A stretch of 64,000 nucleotides of DNA, taken from assembly GCA_963714975.1 (NCBI GenBank), contig CAVQQD010000001.1, positions 320,001 through 384,000 of the forward strand, written 5' to 3'. Positions 40,013-50,171 of the stretch are shown here, one piece after another. Positions within the stretch are counted from its first letter, which is position 1; each line of letters begins with the position of its first letter. The notes below the pieces were generated by a model. The model was not told where the DNA came from. It was given only the letters and a program-made list of their open reading frames with translations, and searched no databases. Made by a program: the position numbers and the translations under genes. The stretch is from an uncultured Gammaproteobacteria bacterium. Its GTDB lineage: Bacteria; Pseudomonadota; Gammaproteobacteria; JAURND01.

Positions 40013-40184
40013 GGGAGACGGACGTGCAACTCGCCGTGCTCGTAGTTTCAGGAAGCTAGCTTGGGATTGCTCGCGACTAGGTATCAGGATGATAGCGGGA
40101 TGGTACAGGGATGTACCACGGAGCGAGCAATCCCAAGCTAGCTTCCTGAAACTACGAGCACGGCGAGTTGCACGTCCGTCTCCC
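40013..40184. repeat. Long inverted repeat, copy 2 (62-bp perfect arms, same 48-nt loop reversed)
   Basis: Arms 40013-40074 and 40123-40184. Confidence 0.9.
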
Positions 40185-40205
40185 CAGAGGCGAGTATCGG
40201 TTGGC

Positions 40206-41018
40206 TCAAGCATAACAGAGCTCTTCGGCTTTTTGGGCCTCGTTAAATAGGATAGGAAATTCGGGGATGTTGTTGTCCCATTCGATGGCGAGGGGGATGG
40301 GGCCAAAATAAGTCATCGCGCGCTGAGTTAAGCTCCAGACTGCGTCACTTACTGGTGCACCATGGGTATCTAATAAGTGGGTTTGCTGGTCCTGGTAGCC
40401 TGCTAGATGCAATTGCTTTACGCGCTTAGGGTTCAGGCCCAGGAGATATGCTTGGGCATCAAATTCATGGTTTCTACTATTCACGTAAATATTGTTGATA
40501 TCTAACAAAATAAAGCAATCTGCTGCTGCAGCGACCGCATTTAGAAATTCCCATTCCGTTCTATCAGATGCCGTGTAAGTTAAATAGCTAGAGACATTTT
40601 CAAGCAAAATTTGTTGGCCCAGGTAATCCTGTACTTGCCGAATACGCGTGGCGACGTGATTTACCGCTTCAGTCGTATATGGTAAGGGAAATAGCTCATG
40701 AAAATGCTGATTTTGCCAAGAAGTCCAGCACAGATGATCTGAAATGTAGCTGGGAGCAAACCTCAGCATAAGCTGCTTCAATTGTGCTAGATAATCATAA
40801 TTAAGTGGATCGGTGGATCCAATGGACATTCCAACCCCGTGGAAGGTTATGGGGTAATGATTGCGTATTTGCGAAAGACGCTCTAATACCATCCCACCTT
40901 TCACCATATAATTCTCGGTGAGAACCTCAAACCAAGGGACGGGAGGCAAATGCTCAAGGATATAAGAATAATGAATGGCGCGCAGCCCAAGCCCCGCGCC
41001 ATAGATAGCAGATGGCAT
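40206..41018 (-). CDS. DUF692 multinuclear non-heme iron oxidase (BufB-like)
   Basis: GLGLR, HGVGMSIG, SDHL, LENVSSY, LDINN, HLAG, DTHG, EWD. Confidence 0.93.
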   Translation of the reverse strand: MPSAIYGAGLGLRAIHYSYILEHLPPVPWFEVLTENYMVKGGMVLERLSQIRNHYPITFHGVGMSIGSTDPLNYDYLAQLKQLMLRFAPSYISDHLCWTSWQNQHFHELFPLPYTTEAVNHVATRIRQVQDYLGQQILLENVSSYLTYTASDRTEWEFLNAVAAAADCFILLDINNIYVNSRNHEFDAQAYLLGLNPKRVKQLHLAGYQDQQTHLLDTHGAPVSDAVWSLTQRAMTYFGPIPLAIEWDNNIPEFPILFNEAQKAEELCYA

Positions 41019-41305
41019 TACTTTTTGGTTTCGCCCTCATTTGGGGGAGTGAGTTTGCCGCCAACGATTTTATTGCATGTTCCTTTCGGTACTAAGATCC
41101 AAGCATAAGGATCGTGATCTTTTTTAGCTTGGCCCGCGCAAGCGTTTTCGTTGAGTGAGCCACAATCGTTTTTTCCGGCTTTAACAATGCCGTAGCATTT
41201 TTCCATGGCAGGAGGTTTTGCTAGAGCAGAAGTGCTTGCGACACTCAAACCAGTGGCAATAATACCTGAAATTGCGGTATTGATTATTTTGGTGACGATT
41301 GTCAT
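41018..41305 (-). CDS. DUF2282 / bufferin BufA1-like RiPP precursor with signal peptide
   Basis: Sec signal, then EKCYG..KAGKNDC..ACAGQ..W..VPKGTC.KI.GG (4 Cys). Confidence 0.88.
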   Translation of the reverse strand: MTIVTKIINTAISGIIATGLSVASTSALAKPPAMEKCYGIVKAGKNDCGSLNENACAGQAKKDHDPYAWILVPKGTCNKIVGGKLTPPNEGETKK

Positions 41306-41380
41306 GATAAACTCCTTATCGGTGGGTTAGAAACTGAATCCTGAGCCAAGTATAATCTATAAAAATGAAACAAACCATTT

Positions 41381-42097
41381 ATGATGACAAATCGATTACA
41401 GAGTCTTTGGATTATTGTGCAGGTAGGGGTGGTTACCTTTTTTTATGGCCTTATTTGCTTATACCAGAGTCGCTTCAAAACCCGACAAGATATTGACCGG
41501 ACGATTCGGCGGTGGTGCGCTCATCTTCTAAGGTTTGCCAAGGTATCTTATGAAGTTTTTAATCCCCTCCAGGTGAGTTTCTTACCCGATCGTCCTTATA
41601 TCATCATGAGTAATCATGCTAGCCTGTATGATATCCCGCTAATTTTCGCGGCCTTTCCTGGTAGCATTCGGATGGTGGCTAAGAAGGAATTATTTCGTAT
41701 TCCCTTTTGGGGCTATACCACAAAAAAAATTGAAGTTCTTTCTATTGATCGCAGCAATCTAGCCCAAGCTAGACTGGATTTGAACTATGCCAAAGAAAAA
41801 ATGCAAAGTGGAATTGTGCTATGGATTGCGCCGGAAGGCACCCGTTCTCGGCATGGAAAGCTCAATCCGTTTAAAAAGGGCTGTTTTTTGTTGGCCATGG
41901 AAACAGCCGCCACCATCATCCCTGTAGGTATTCGAAATGCTGATAAAATTTTACCTGCTGGGAGTTTGAACTTTCGACTTAACCAAAAAGTGGAAATCCA
42001 CATCGGTCAGCCAATTGAGGCTAGCCAATATACCGCGCGGCAAGAACTTACTGAAGCGGTGCGCCAAAGTATCTTAGCGCTGTTACCCCCCCTTTGA
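41381..42097 (+). CDS. plsC: 1-acyl-sn-glycerol-3-phosphate acyltransferase
   Basis: NHASLYD, PEGTRS, FKKG. Confidence 0.85.
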   Translation: MMTNRLQSLWIIVQVGVVTFFYGLICLYQSRFKTRQDIDRTIRRWCAHLLRFAKVSYEVFNPLQVSFLPDRPYIIMSNHASLYDIPLIFAAFPGSIRMVAKKELFRIPFWGYTTKKIEVLSIDRSNLAQARLDLNYAKEKMQSGIVLWIAPEGTRSRHGKLNPFKKGCFLLAMETAATIIPVGIRNADKILPAGSLNFRLNQKVEIHIGQPIEASQYTARQELTEAVRQSILALLPPL

Positions 42098-42115
42098 AAA
42101 AAAGGGGGGGGGGGG
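42086..42115. terminator. C-run/G-run hairpin between convergent genes
   Basis: CCCCCCTTT-GAAAA-AAAGGGGGG between plsC and mlaA. Confidence 0.45.
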
Positions 42116-42120
42116 AAGGA

Positions 42121-42825
42121 TTACGATTCCGCATCTGGGTGCGTTACCTTTTCAATTCGCGCATTCATGCGTTGCAAGTAGGCATCGCGGACAAACACAT
42201 AAGGATCTAATGCCTCATCGACTAATTTATCTGTAGATAAAAATTGTGCGCGGGCAATGATGAAACTAGTTCCTGCAGCAGCATAAGCAATCCAGTGAGG
42301 GTCGATGTAAGGCCAGACTGAAAATGCCAGAGAATCAACACCAAGTCCAGCTAAATCACGTACCGTTCCTGGGGGCAAGAAAGGCAGGATCAGATAAGAG
42401 GAATTGGTATAACCCCACCTCGCTAAAGTCAGACCGAAGGTTTGATCATGGGGTTCAAGGCCGAGCGGTTTGGCTACATCAATTAATCCTCCAATACCGA
42501 CCGTGCTGTTAACGACCAGGCGCATAATGTCTGACAAAGCCCAGCCTGGGTTTGCTTGTAACACATCGTTAGCAATGGTAGGAACTTGATAGACATTCGC
42601 AAAGAAGTTGCTAATGCCTCGTTGCATGAAGTTCGGAGTGATGGTGTCATAGACTACGGCAATGGGGCGAAAGAGGACTTTATCCACGGCCCTGTTAAAT
42701 TTAAATACCTGACGATTATAGCTTTCATAGGGATCTGGCTGATCCACCGTAGCACAGCTCGCTAATAAAGTGAGGGAGGCTGTGATGAAGAAAATGCGAG
42801 ATAGCCGGCAAATCGTCTTTTTCAT
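42121..42825 (-). CDS. mlaA: MlaA/VacJ lipoprotein
   Basis: Lipobox LASC, DPYESYNR, NSTVGIGGL.DVA, DPY.FVRDAYLQR. Confidence 0.92.
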   Translation of the reverse strand: MKKTICRLSRIFFITASLTLLASCATVDQPDPYESYNRQVFKFNRAVDKVLFRPIAVVYDTITPNFMQRGISNFFANVYQVPTIANDVLQANPGWALSDIMRLVVNSTVGIGGLIDVAKPLGLEPHDQTFGLTLARWGYTNSSYLILPFLPPGTVRDLAGLGVDSLAFSVWPYIDPHWIAYAAAGTSFIIARAQFLSTDKLVDEALDPYVFVRDAYLQRMNARIEKVTHPDAES

Positions 42826-43775
42826 AGTGGAGTTAAACTTAACTGATTAGTTGCCCGAATAATCGCATCTAACATCCCAGTTTCCTTATAATAATGTCCC
42901 GCATTCGGCACGATTTCCAAAATTGAAGAAGTCCATTGTTTATGGAGTTGCCACACTCCTGACAAGGTACAAATCATATCGTAACGTCCGTGGATTAAAA
43001 TACTCGGCACTGCAGGGAGCTGCGCCACTTGGTTTTCCAATTGATTGGGCTTTAAAAAACAATTGTTAACCCAATAATGACATTGCAGGCGGGCGATTGC
43101 AATCGCTTCGTGGGGTGCTACGGCACGCTGAAACAAAGCAGGATCTGGTGTCAGCGTCAGAAAATGCGCGCCCCAGCTTGCCCAGGCTTCTGCTGCTCGC
43201 ATCCGGGCCACTTCATCGGCCCCAGTCAGGAGCGAGTAATAAGACACGATGGGATTATGGTGCTGATTTGCTGGGAGAACGGAGAGAAACTCATGCCAAT
43301 GATCCGGAAAAATTTGGTTCACTCCCAGGGGCCCGTACATCCATTCCACATCCTGGTTACGATTTAAAAACGTGCTCACCAAAATCATAGCCAAAACGTG
43401 TTGCGGAAAGGTTTGGGCATATACCAAACCTAAGGTTGCTCCCCAAGAATTACCCACAATAGCCCAGCGCTCGATCTTGAGCATCTGTCGAATAGCTTCG
43501 ATATCTCGCAATAAGCTTTGGGTGGTATTGTGCTGTAACTCACCATAGGGAGTGGAACGACCCGCGCCACGTTGATCAAATAAAATGATTCGAAAGCGCT
43601 CGGGGTCAAATAATTGTCGCGAGGTTTCGCTACAGCCCGAACCTGGCCCTCCATGTAAATAAAGAATCGGCAAGCCCTGGGGATTTCCACACTCCTCCAC
43701 ATAAATCTCATGGGGTGGCTCTACCGGTAGGCGATAAGTAATATACGGGTGAATGGGAGGGAAATAGCTGTACAT
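42822..43775 (-). CDS. pip: Prolyl aminopeptidase
   Basis: LHGGPG, FDQRGAGRS, GNSWG nucleophile, HGRYD, AGH. Confidence 0.88.
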   Translation of the reverse strand: MYSYFPPIHPYITYRLPVEPPHEIYVEECGNPQGLPILYLHGGPGSGCSETSRQLFDPERFRIILFDQRGAGRSTPYGELQHNTTQSLLRDIEAIRQMLKIERWAIVGNSWGATLGLVYAQTFPQHVLAMILVSTFLNRNQDVEWMYGPLGVNQIFPDHWHEFLSVLPANQHHNPIVSYYSLLTGADEVARMRAAEAWASWGAHFLTLTPDPALFQRAVAPHEAIAIARLQCHYWVNNCFLKPNQLENQVAQLPAVPSILIHGRYDMICTLSGVWQLHKQWTSSILEIVPNAGHYYKETGMLDAIIRATNQLSLTPL

Positions 43776-43808
43776 AGCCTGAAGAATCCTATTTAAAAGC
43801 AGCAAAAG

Positions 43809-43944
43809 GAGCAATTCCGCTGAAGCCTTGATCTCCGACGGGTCCTGCCGCGTGGGGCAACCCGCCGTGCTCGCACGCTGCGCGCGGCGTTGTTGCCCTA
43901 CGCGTCACCCGTCGGTCAAAGTACTGTTAGAGCGGGAATTGCTG
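43809..43944. mobile_element. GC-rich MITE-like element family C
   Basis: GAGCAATTCCGCT...AGCGGGAATTGCTG termini; core nearly identical to 58079-58211. Confidence 0.75.
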
Positions 43945-44310
43945 TTTTAAATCCCTTCTCTTGTAAGCTGGTTTAGTCTACATTAAAAATTTTTTCTTCC
44001 CAACGGATTTTTAATTTTCCGCCCAATTTTCTAAGCGAAGATGGGGCACTCTGGCAAATTCTTTTTCGTTATTGGTGATAAGAATTAAATTAAGGGATAG
44101 CGCATGGGCAGCAATCCATAAATCATTACCCCACCCTACCGTATTTTTTTACCAGAAATAATTCCTCCCTTTGAAAAATGGAGATTAGGGTGGTAAAAAT
44201 TGACCTTAATTTGACATTTTTTTTCATTATGGCATAATTCGCAACATTAATGACTAAGTTACAAAACGCACTTCGCTTATAGTAGGCTACAACTCGCAGA
44301 GGAGTAAATT

Positions 44311-44940
44311 ATGTTAGAAGCAGCACTACCGGAATCAAAGATAGATTACATAAAAAGTACGCAAGCTCAATATACCAAGATAAATTCCTTATCCCAGCAA
44401 TATCAACACGACTCTCGGCTCAGCTATTTGAAGTGGTCAATAGACAATCTTTTGTTACGAATGAAAATTGATAGAGAGGAGCTGGATTCAAGTCAATTAA
44501 ATGATAGGGTTAATTTGGACTCGATAAAAGAAGGTCTTAAGGAAGGTTTTACTAAACCTTCCACATTTACCGGGAAAGGTAAGCTTGCTTATTATGGAAT
44601 TTTTTATAGTTTGTTGGCTTATGGTGGCGCAGAAATGTATCAAGCCCTTAAGCAGCAAGCATCTGTAGCCGAGAAGTTATTACATGGAGATTTTACAGGC
44701 TTGCTCGACATTTTAGTGTGTTATCTTGTTCTAATGGCTCTGACTGCAACCCTGGGGCGCTATTGTTTGAGTGGCGGTGGAAATTGCATGCCTGATCCCC
44801 CACAGGTGTTTAAATTTTTGGATATTGGCGGAACCCCCACAGCAGAGGTTAAAGCAATATATGATCAATGTATGCTTAACTTAGCCGAACACAAAGGATA
44901 TATGGAAGTACACAAGGGAGTAGAGTTCAGCGTAAGTTAG
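44311..44940 (+). CDS. Orphan protein with two hydrophobic segments
   Basis: GAGGAG RBS; TTGACA-N16-CATAAT at 44211-44238; two TM-like stretches. Confidence 0.7.
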   Translation: MLEAALPESKIDYIKSTQAQYTKINSLSQQYQHDSRLSYLKWSIDNLLLRMKIDREELDSSQLNDRVNLDSIKEGLKEGFTKPSTFTGKGKLAYYGIFYSLLAYGGAEMYQALKQQASVAEKLLHGDFTGLLDILVCYLVLMALTATLGRYCLSGGGNCMPDPPQVFKFLDIGGTPTAEVKAIYDQCMLNLAEHKGYMEVHKGVEFSVS

Positions 44941-45820
44941 TATTAAGCGCCCAGTTGAAGTAATCTTCACTAATGTGATTAATCGTTTCTAAGCGCCGCT
45001 TTAATGCAGGTTTAGCATATTGCTTAAGATGGGCAATCACTCCCGCATCGGAACCCCCGAAATCCAATTGATACCAAACATAAATACTGGAGACAATTAA
45101 GCGATTGCCATTAGCAATAGTCACTCCGCGTGGGCTATTCACATACTGCCGCGCTCCGGCATCCATGAGTTGCTCGATATTGCTGCCGGTAAAAGCGGTT
45201 TTTTGCAAGCTAGGGCAGCTATAGGTTGCGCAATTAATTGCGTAGTGGATACGCGGATCCTGCCAAATCGGGCGCAGAATTCGATTTTCAATATCATTCA
45301 AAGATAAGGGAATACCTGCCACTTGGATTACCTTGGCTTGCCACGGGCCAGGAACTAGCCATCCAGAAAGCTTTATTTGACGAATGCTTTTTACCGGATA
45401 ATGATCTAACACGATGTCAATCGTCAACGCATTGTACAGGTTAATCCAAAAGGCGAGCTGCTCATTGCGATTATAGTGATCGATGGGGATTCTGGCTAAA
45501 CTCACAATAGTTTGCTTGAGTTTTTGCGCGTCTTCCGGGGTAACGGCTTTATAATTAACCAAGCTCACGCCATTGAGATTAATAGTAACATACTGATCTA
45601 GAAAAGATTGCCAACCTGAATAATCAATCGTGGCTGTGGCATCTGGATCGAAAATTGCCCAACGAGACCAGAGCTTTTTTTCAGGCACAGCCATGCCAAG
45701 GCAAAGCCAGCAAAGTAAAATAAACAGTAATCCTGACACCAAGCGAGTCATAAGGCGATCTCTTAAGTTTGCACTATAATGTAACCAATGCGATATTTTT
45801 TGCAAGTTATTTGCAAGCAC
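44927..45820 (-). CDS. DUF547 domain protein (start uncertain)
   Basis: LAFWINLYNALT, LSLNDIEN.ILR, DPRIHYAINCA..SCP. Confidence 0.85.
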   Translation of the reverse strand: MLANNLQKISHWLHYSANLRDRLMTRLVSGLLFILLCWLCLGMAVPEKKLWSRWAIFDPDATATIDYSGWQSFLDQYVTINLNGVSLVNYKAVTPEDAQKLKQTIVSLARIPIDHYNRNEQLAFWINLYNALTIDIVLDHYPVKSIRQIKLSGWLVPGPWQAKVIQVAGIPLSLNDIENRILRPIWQDPRIHYAINCATYSCPSLQKTAFTGSNIEQLMDAGARQYVNSPRGVTIANGNRLIVSSIYVWYQLDFGGSDAGVIAHLKQYAKPALKRRLETINHISEDYFNWALNTNLR

Positions 45821-45877
45821 TTATTCTAAACCGTATACTCATGTCTTTATTTCGTATGTCTTTTATGGGGGTTTTTT

Positions 45878-47263
45878 GTGCGCTTCTCAATTCGGAAAAC
45901 ACGACAGATTTTTTCATTCATTCTGGGCCTAGGAATTGGGCTTTTCTCGATAAGCGCTAATGCCGCCGACCTGGTTCAGCAGGTGACTGCTGCTCCCTCA
46001 CAATCGCTCATTGGTCCTAATGTTCTTAACTTACCTCTCAAGGATCTGCAGCGTTTTGGTACGGCTATTGCCCAGATCAAACGTTATTATATTGAGCCAG
46101 TCACCGATACTAAACTGTTTGAATATGCGATCAGCGGGATGCTTTCCAATCTAGATCCGCATTCTGATTACCTGAATGCGGAAGCACTGAAAAGCCTGGA
46201 AATCACCACCACTGGGCGTTTTGGGGGAATTGGCATTGAAGTAGTGCCCGAAAATGGTCTGATTAAAATTATCAGCCCCATTGATGGCACTCCCGCCTAT
46301 AAGGCAGGGATTAAAGCCGGAGATCTGATTATCCGGATCAATAATAAGTTAGTCGCTGATATGACCTTAAGCCAAGTCATTGAGATGATCCGTGGTGACC
46401 CGGGTAGTAAAGTGCATTTAACTATTATTCGTAAAGAGCTTAAAAAGCCACTTGAAATTGACCTGACTCGGGAAATTATTAAGATTCAGACGGTAAAAAC
46501 TCGGCTCTTGGATGATGGCTATGGTTACATTCGTCTATCTTTCTTCCAAGAAGATACCAAGCGTGATTTGGGGCAAGGGGTGGCGCAGCTAAAACAAGAA
46601 GCAAATGATAAACTCAAAGGCGTGATTTTAGACTTGCGCAACAATCCGGGTGGCTTATTAGATGCGGCTGTCGATGTCACTAATCAACTTTTAAATAGCA
46701 AAAAACTTAAATATGGTGGGTTAATTGTTTATACCAAAGGGCGCATTCCCAATGCTGATGTTCAAGCGAAAGCTAATGGCAATGACATTCTTAATGGCAT
46801 ACCCATGGTGGTGTTGATTAATGATGGTTCTGCTTCTGCCGCAGAAATTATGGCTGGCGCACTTCAAGATCAAAAACGCGCCACCATAGCCGGCGAAACC
46901 AGCTTTGGAAAAGGCTCGGTACAAACAGTATTACCTATCGATAATGATACCGCGATTAAACTCACGACTGCTTTATACTATACCCCAGCTGGGCGCTCGA
47001 TCCAGGCCAAAGGCATTGTGCCGGATATTTCCATTCCAGATTTTAAGATTCCTAAGAGCGAAAACGACGAAGGAGCCATGATATCCATCACTGAAGCGGA
47101 TTTAAGCCGACATTTGACTGATGGCAACGCGACACAAAAGGCTAACTCCAACACCGTCCCTTCAGAGGAAAGCAGCAAAAAGTTGCGAGATTTGCTTTAT
47201 AGCGATTTCCAACTCTATGAAGCGCTGAATATATTGAAGGGGTTGGTGGTGGAGTATAAATAG
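45878..47263 (+). CDS. S41 carboxy-terminal processing protease (CtpA-like)
   Basis: LDPHS, PDZ domain, DLRNNPGG, SASAAEI, FGKGSVQ. Confidence 0.93.
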   Translation: MRFSIRKTRQIFSFILGLGIGLFSISANAADLVQQVTAAPSQSLIGPNVLNLPLKDLQRFGTAIAQIKRYYIEPVTDTKLFEYAISGMLSNLDPHSDYLNAEALKSLEITTTGRFGGIGIEVVPENGLIKIISPIDGTPAYKAGIKAGDLIIRINNKLVADMTLSQVIEMIRGDPGSKVHLTIIRKELKKPLEIDLTREIIKIQTVKTRLLDDGYGYIRLSFFQEDTKRDLGQGVAQLKQEANDKLKGVILDLRNNPGGLLDAAVDVTNQLLNSKKLKYGGLIVYTKGRIPNADVQAKANGNDILNGIPMVVLINDGSASAAEIMAGALQDQKRATIAGETSFGKGSVQTVLPIDNDTAIKLTTALYYTPAGRSIQAKGIVPDISIPDFKIPKSENDEGAMISITEADLSRHLTDGNATQKANSNTVPSEESSKKLRDLLYSDFQLYEALNILKGLVVEYK

Positions 47264-47277
47264 AGCAGCGGGTGACC

Positions 47278-47390
47278 TGTCATCCCGAGGAGCTTGCGCC
47301 CTCCGTCATCCCGAGGAGCTTGCGACGAGGGATCTCCTGCAACTGGCATGGGGAAATCCCTCCTCGCAAGCTCCTCGGGATGACGGAGGG
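47278..47390. repeat. REP-like family B inverted pair
   Basis: CCCTCCGTCATCCCGAGGAGCTTGCGA / TCGCAAGCTCCTCGGGATGACGGAGGG; truncated relative at 1500-1520. Confidence 0.85.
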
Positions 47391-47412
47391 GGGGGAGCGA
47401 GAGCCGCTAGAA

Positions 47413-47829
47413 CTAGCGTACTACTACACTAGCTAACTCAACTTCCACCACTGTATCAACATTCTTTTTTGCTTTTGTGACACCCGAATCAATTGCATCC
47501 TCGTCCATCGGTGTGGTGCCTGATTTTGGATCTGGCTCTAATAATTCCTTCCTTAATTTCCACTCTTGATAGAATTCATACGCTCTATGCAGTGAGAGCA
47601 AAGTCCCAACTATCAACAAACAAATTCCAAGTTTTATATCAATCGCTGCCTCACTTGGCATCTGTGTTGATCTTCCCAAAAAACCTGCCCCTCCACCAAG
47701 TCCAAGGACGAGAAGCAAACTTTCTAGCTCGTATAGTGGGGCCAATCGCTCTTGTCTTAGTTGTAAATTCGCAAGCTCCTTAATTCGATCATCACAATAT
47801 TTTTCTTGAGAGGTTTGCTCTTGTGTCAT
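47413..47829 (-). CDS. Orphan protein with two closely spaced hydrophobic segments
   Basis: AGGAG RBS; LLLVLGLGGGAGFLG and LGICLLIVGTLLSL. Confidence 0.7.
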   Translation of the reverse strand: MTQEQTSQEKYCDDRIKELANLQLRQERLAPLYELESLLLVLGLGGGAGFLGRSTQMPSEAAIDIKLGICLLIVGTLLSLHRAYEFYQEWKLRKELLEPDPKSGTTPMDEDAIDSGVTKAKKNVDTVVEVELASVVVR

Positions 47830-47926
47830 AGTAAAGTCTCCTAATTTTTTATTGATAGTGGAATAACAGCCCGGTTAAGGCCGGTGAACTGTTCCTGATA
47901 GTAATGCTGCAAAACCAAGCTTGTCT

Positions 47927-47959
47927 ACTATAACAAGCAAAGCTGAAGTGAATGTTAAG
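47927..47959 (-). promoter_or_regulatory. PmrA-like box plus -10
   Basis: CTTAACATT-CA-CTTCAGCTT-N7-TATAGT. Confidence 0.65.
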
Positions 47960-48001
47960 TAATATAGAAGATTTTGGGTAACCGTTCACCTACCTATTGC
48001 T

Positions 48002-48382
48002 CTAAGCCGCCTTCAAAACCACATTTTCGCTGACAGCGGGCAACAAAGAAGGAGATTTTGTTCCGGAAAAATGCGCCTGGATGGCATCAGTCACAAAATT
48101 CAACACACTTCTGTTTTGTAATTTACATGTCGCGACAACGCTCATAATACGCTCAAGGTATAGTGTTCCTTCCTGGGATTGGGTTCCAAAACTTGTTTTG
48201 CGCCAAATCACAATCCTGCGAAGGATTTGTTCCGCAAGATTATTGGTTGGCTCTATACCTTCCTTGTCGACAAAGGTCCATAAAGCAACTTGTAATTTGA
48301 GGAATTGCTTGCAGGTTCCCATAGTTTTCTTATGCCTACAGCACGCACCTTCCTCAAGAAGATTTATCACATGCTTCTTCAC
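48002..48382 (-). pseudogene. IS66-family transposase C-terminal fragment
   Basis: LWTF..GIEPTNNLAEQ.LR..VIWRK.SFGT motif. Confidence 0.85.
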
Positions 48383-48410
48383 GCGCCTCGAAGAGTCGTC
48401 CCCAACTCCT

Positions 48411-49772
48411 TTATACTTCCATGACCTTATATTCTTGCACTAACAAAAAAACGGCTATGCTGCCAATGAAAAATGTTACTCCGCCAATGAGTAATGTTGT
48501 ATGCATTCCTGAAACAAAGTGGTGTGACATATTGATAATCGTACCAAAAACGGCAACACCAATTAAACTACCCATTTGGCGACTCGCATTTAATGCACCA
48601 GATGCAATTCCTGCTCTGCCTTTAGGTGCGGCACAGATCACAGCTACAGTTGCTGCGGGCATGGTACAAGCAATCCCAAATCCTATCGCAGCTAACGGCA
48701 AGATAAGCATAAAGTAGGAAATATCTTCATTGACGATTAACATGGATAAGAAACCGATTGCTCCTACAGCTAACCCCACTATCATCGGAATTTTTACCCC
48801 TAAAAAGCTGGTCATCTTTCCACCTAAATAAGAAGCCACCGCTATTACACCTAGTAAAGGCATAAATGCAAACCCCGTTATTAGTACAGAATAATTCTTA
48901 ATTTGTTGGAAATAAAGCGTGAGTACAAATAATTCACCATACACGCCGATATTCAAAATCATCCCCACAGCAATGGCTACCGAAAATGTTTTAGAATGGA
49001 ATAGATTTAAAGGAAACATCGGCTGTTCTATCCGATGTTCAAAGATCAAGAAAGCAATAAAGGCACAAATAAACATGATAAATCCAACCAGAACTTCTTG
49101 CGCCAACCAACCTAATTTCCCTGCTTCAATCAAACTAAAAGCCAAGGCGGCAATGCTGATTATTCCAAGAATCTGTCCTAAAAAATCAAAACTACTTTTA
49201 CCCTGACTAATAGGATTTGGAACATATTTCAATGTCAGTAAAATCCCTAGAACCCCAACGGGGATATTGACGAAGAAAATCGCTCGCCATCCAAAAGCAG
49301 TGGTTAGAATTCCACCTAAAATAGGTCCAGCAGCTGCAGCAACACCGCCAATAGCTGCCCAGATACCAATTGCTTTGGCGCGTTCTGCTGGATCTGAATA
49401 AGAGGCATTAATAAGGGCTAATGAGGTAGGTACCAGAAGAGCAGCTGCAACTCCCTGCAACAATCTAAATCCAGTTAACTGCCAAAAATTAAAGGCAAGA
49501 CCACAACCAATAGACGTTAATACGAATAAAATTAATCCTGAGAGAAAAGCCGATTTTGCTCCAACTCGATCTCCCAAATTCCCTGCCGACAGTAACAGAC
49601 AAGCAAACGTCAAGGTATAGCCATCAACCACCCACTGTAACCATGAGATCCCGCCTTTCAAGCTTCTTGCCATACTAGGCAGTGCCACATTGACGATAGT
49701 GACATCAATAATCACCATAAAAAAGCCAAGGCACAAGGCAATCAGCGGGATATATCCATTTCGGCTATTCAT
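48411..49772 (-). CDS. MFS efflux transporter, DHA2 (EmrB/QacA) type
   Basis: IDVTIVNVALP, QWVVDGYTL, WRAIFFVNIP, RQMGSLIG; ~14 TM. Confidence 0.9.
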   Translation of the reverse strand: MNSRNGYIPLIALCLGFFMVIIDVTIVNVALPSMARSLKGGISWLQWVVDGYTLTFACLLLSAGNLGDRVGAKSAFLSGLILFVLTSIGCGLAFNFWQLTGFRLLQGVAAALLVPTSLALINASYSDPAERAKAIGIWAAIGGVAAAAGPILGGILTTAFGWRAIFFVNIPVGVLGILLTLKYVPNPISQGKSSFDFLGQILGIISIAALAFSLIEAGKLGWLAQEVLVGFIMFICAFIAFLIFEHRIEQPMFPLNLFHSKTFSVAIAVGMILNIGVYGELFVLTLYFQQIKNYSVLITGFAFMPLLGVIAVASYLGGKMTSFLGVKIPMIVGLAVGAIGFLSMLIVNEDISYFMLILPLAAIGFGIACTMPAATVAVICAAPKGRAGIASGALNASRQMGSLIGVAVFGTIINMSHHFVSGMHTTLLIGGVTFFIGSIAVFLLVQEYKVMEV

Positions 49773-49817
49773 TGAAAAGTCTTCCTCTTGCTCAGAGTGA
49801 TATACTGCCATCCAGCT

Positions 49818-50171
49818 TTAAGCATAGATAACCCGTAATTCCCCGAGACGAGTCCTTCTTCTAGACGTTTTAATCACAATTTCAACGTCTTGATTTAATA
49901 AATTTAGATATCTTACCAATCTTTCAATGGAAAATGATGATAAATGGCCACGATTAAGCAACGATATTTTTGATTGATCAGCTTGAAGAAGTTTCGCTGC
50001 TTCTGCTTGTTTTAACTTTTTCTTTTTTAAAATTTGGTTAATTTTGAAAACTAGTTCAGCTTTAGCCAATTTTTCATTAGCATCTGACATTTCAAGGTCA
50101 GCAAATACATTGCTAGAACCTATTTCCCATATTTCATCGTGTAAATCAATTGATTTGTCTACTGTAGTCAT
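49818..50171 (-). CDS. XRE HTH antitoxin (HigA-like)
   Basis: SSNVFADL, LKQAEAAKLL..DQSKIS.L, FSIERL; ATGA overlap with the toxin. Confidence 0.85.
   Translation of the reverse strand: MTTVDKSIDLHDEIWEIGSSNVFADLEMSDANEKLAKAELVFKINQILKKKKLKQAEAAKLLQADQSKISLLNRGHLSSFSIERLVRYLNLLNQDVEIVIKTSRRRTRLGELRVIYA

Noticed and set aside
38809-40306. Tracked ORFs 38809-39069, 38852-39103 and 39962-40306
   Set aside because: They are translations of the palindromic elements or overlap real genes.
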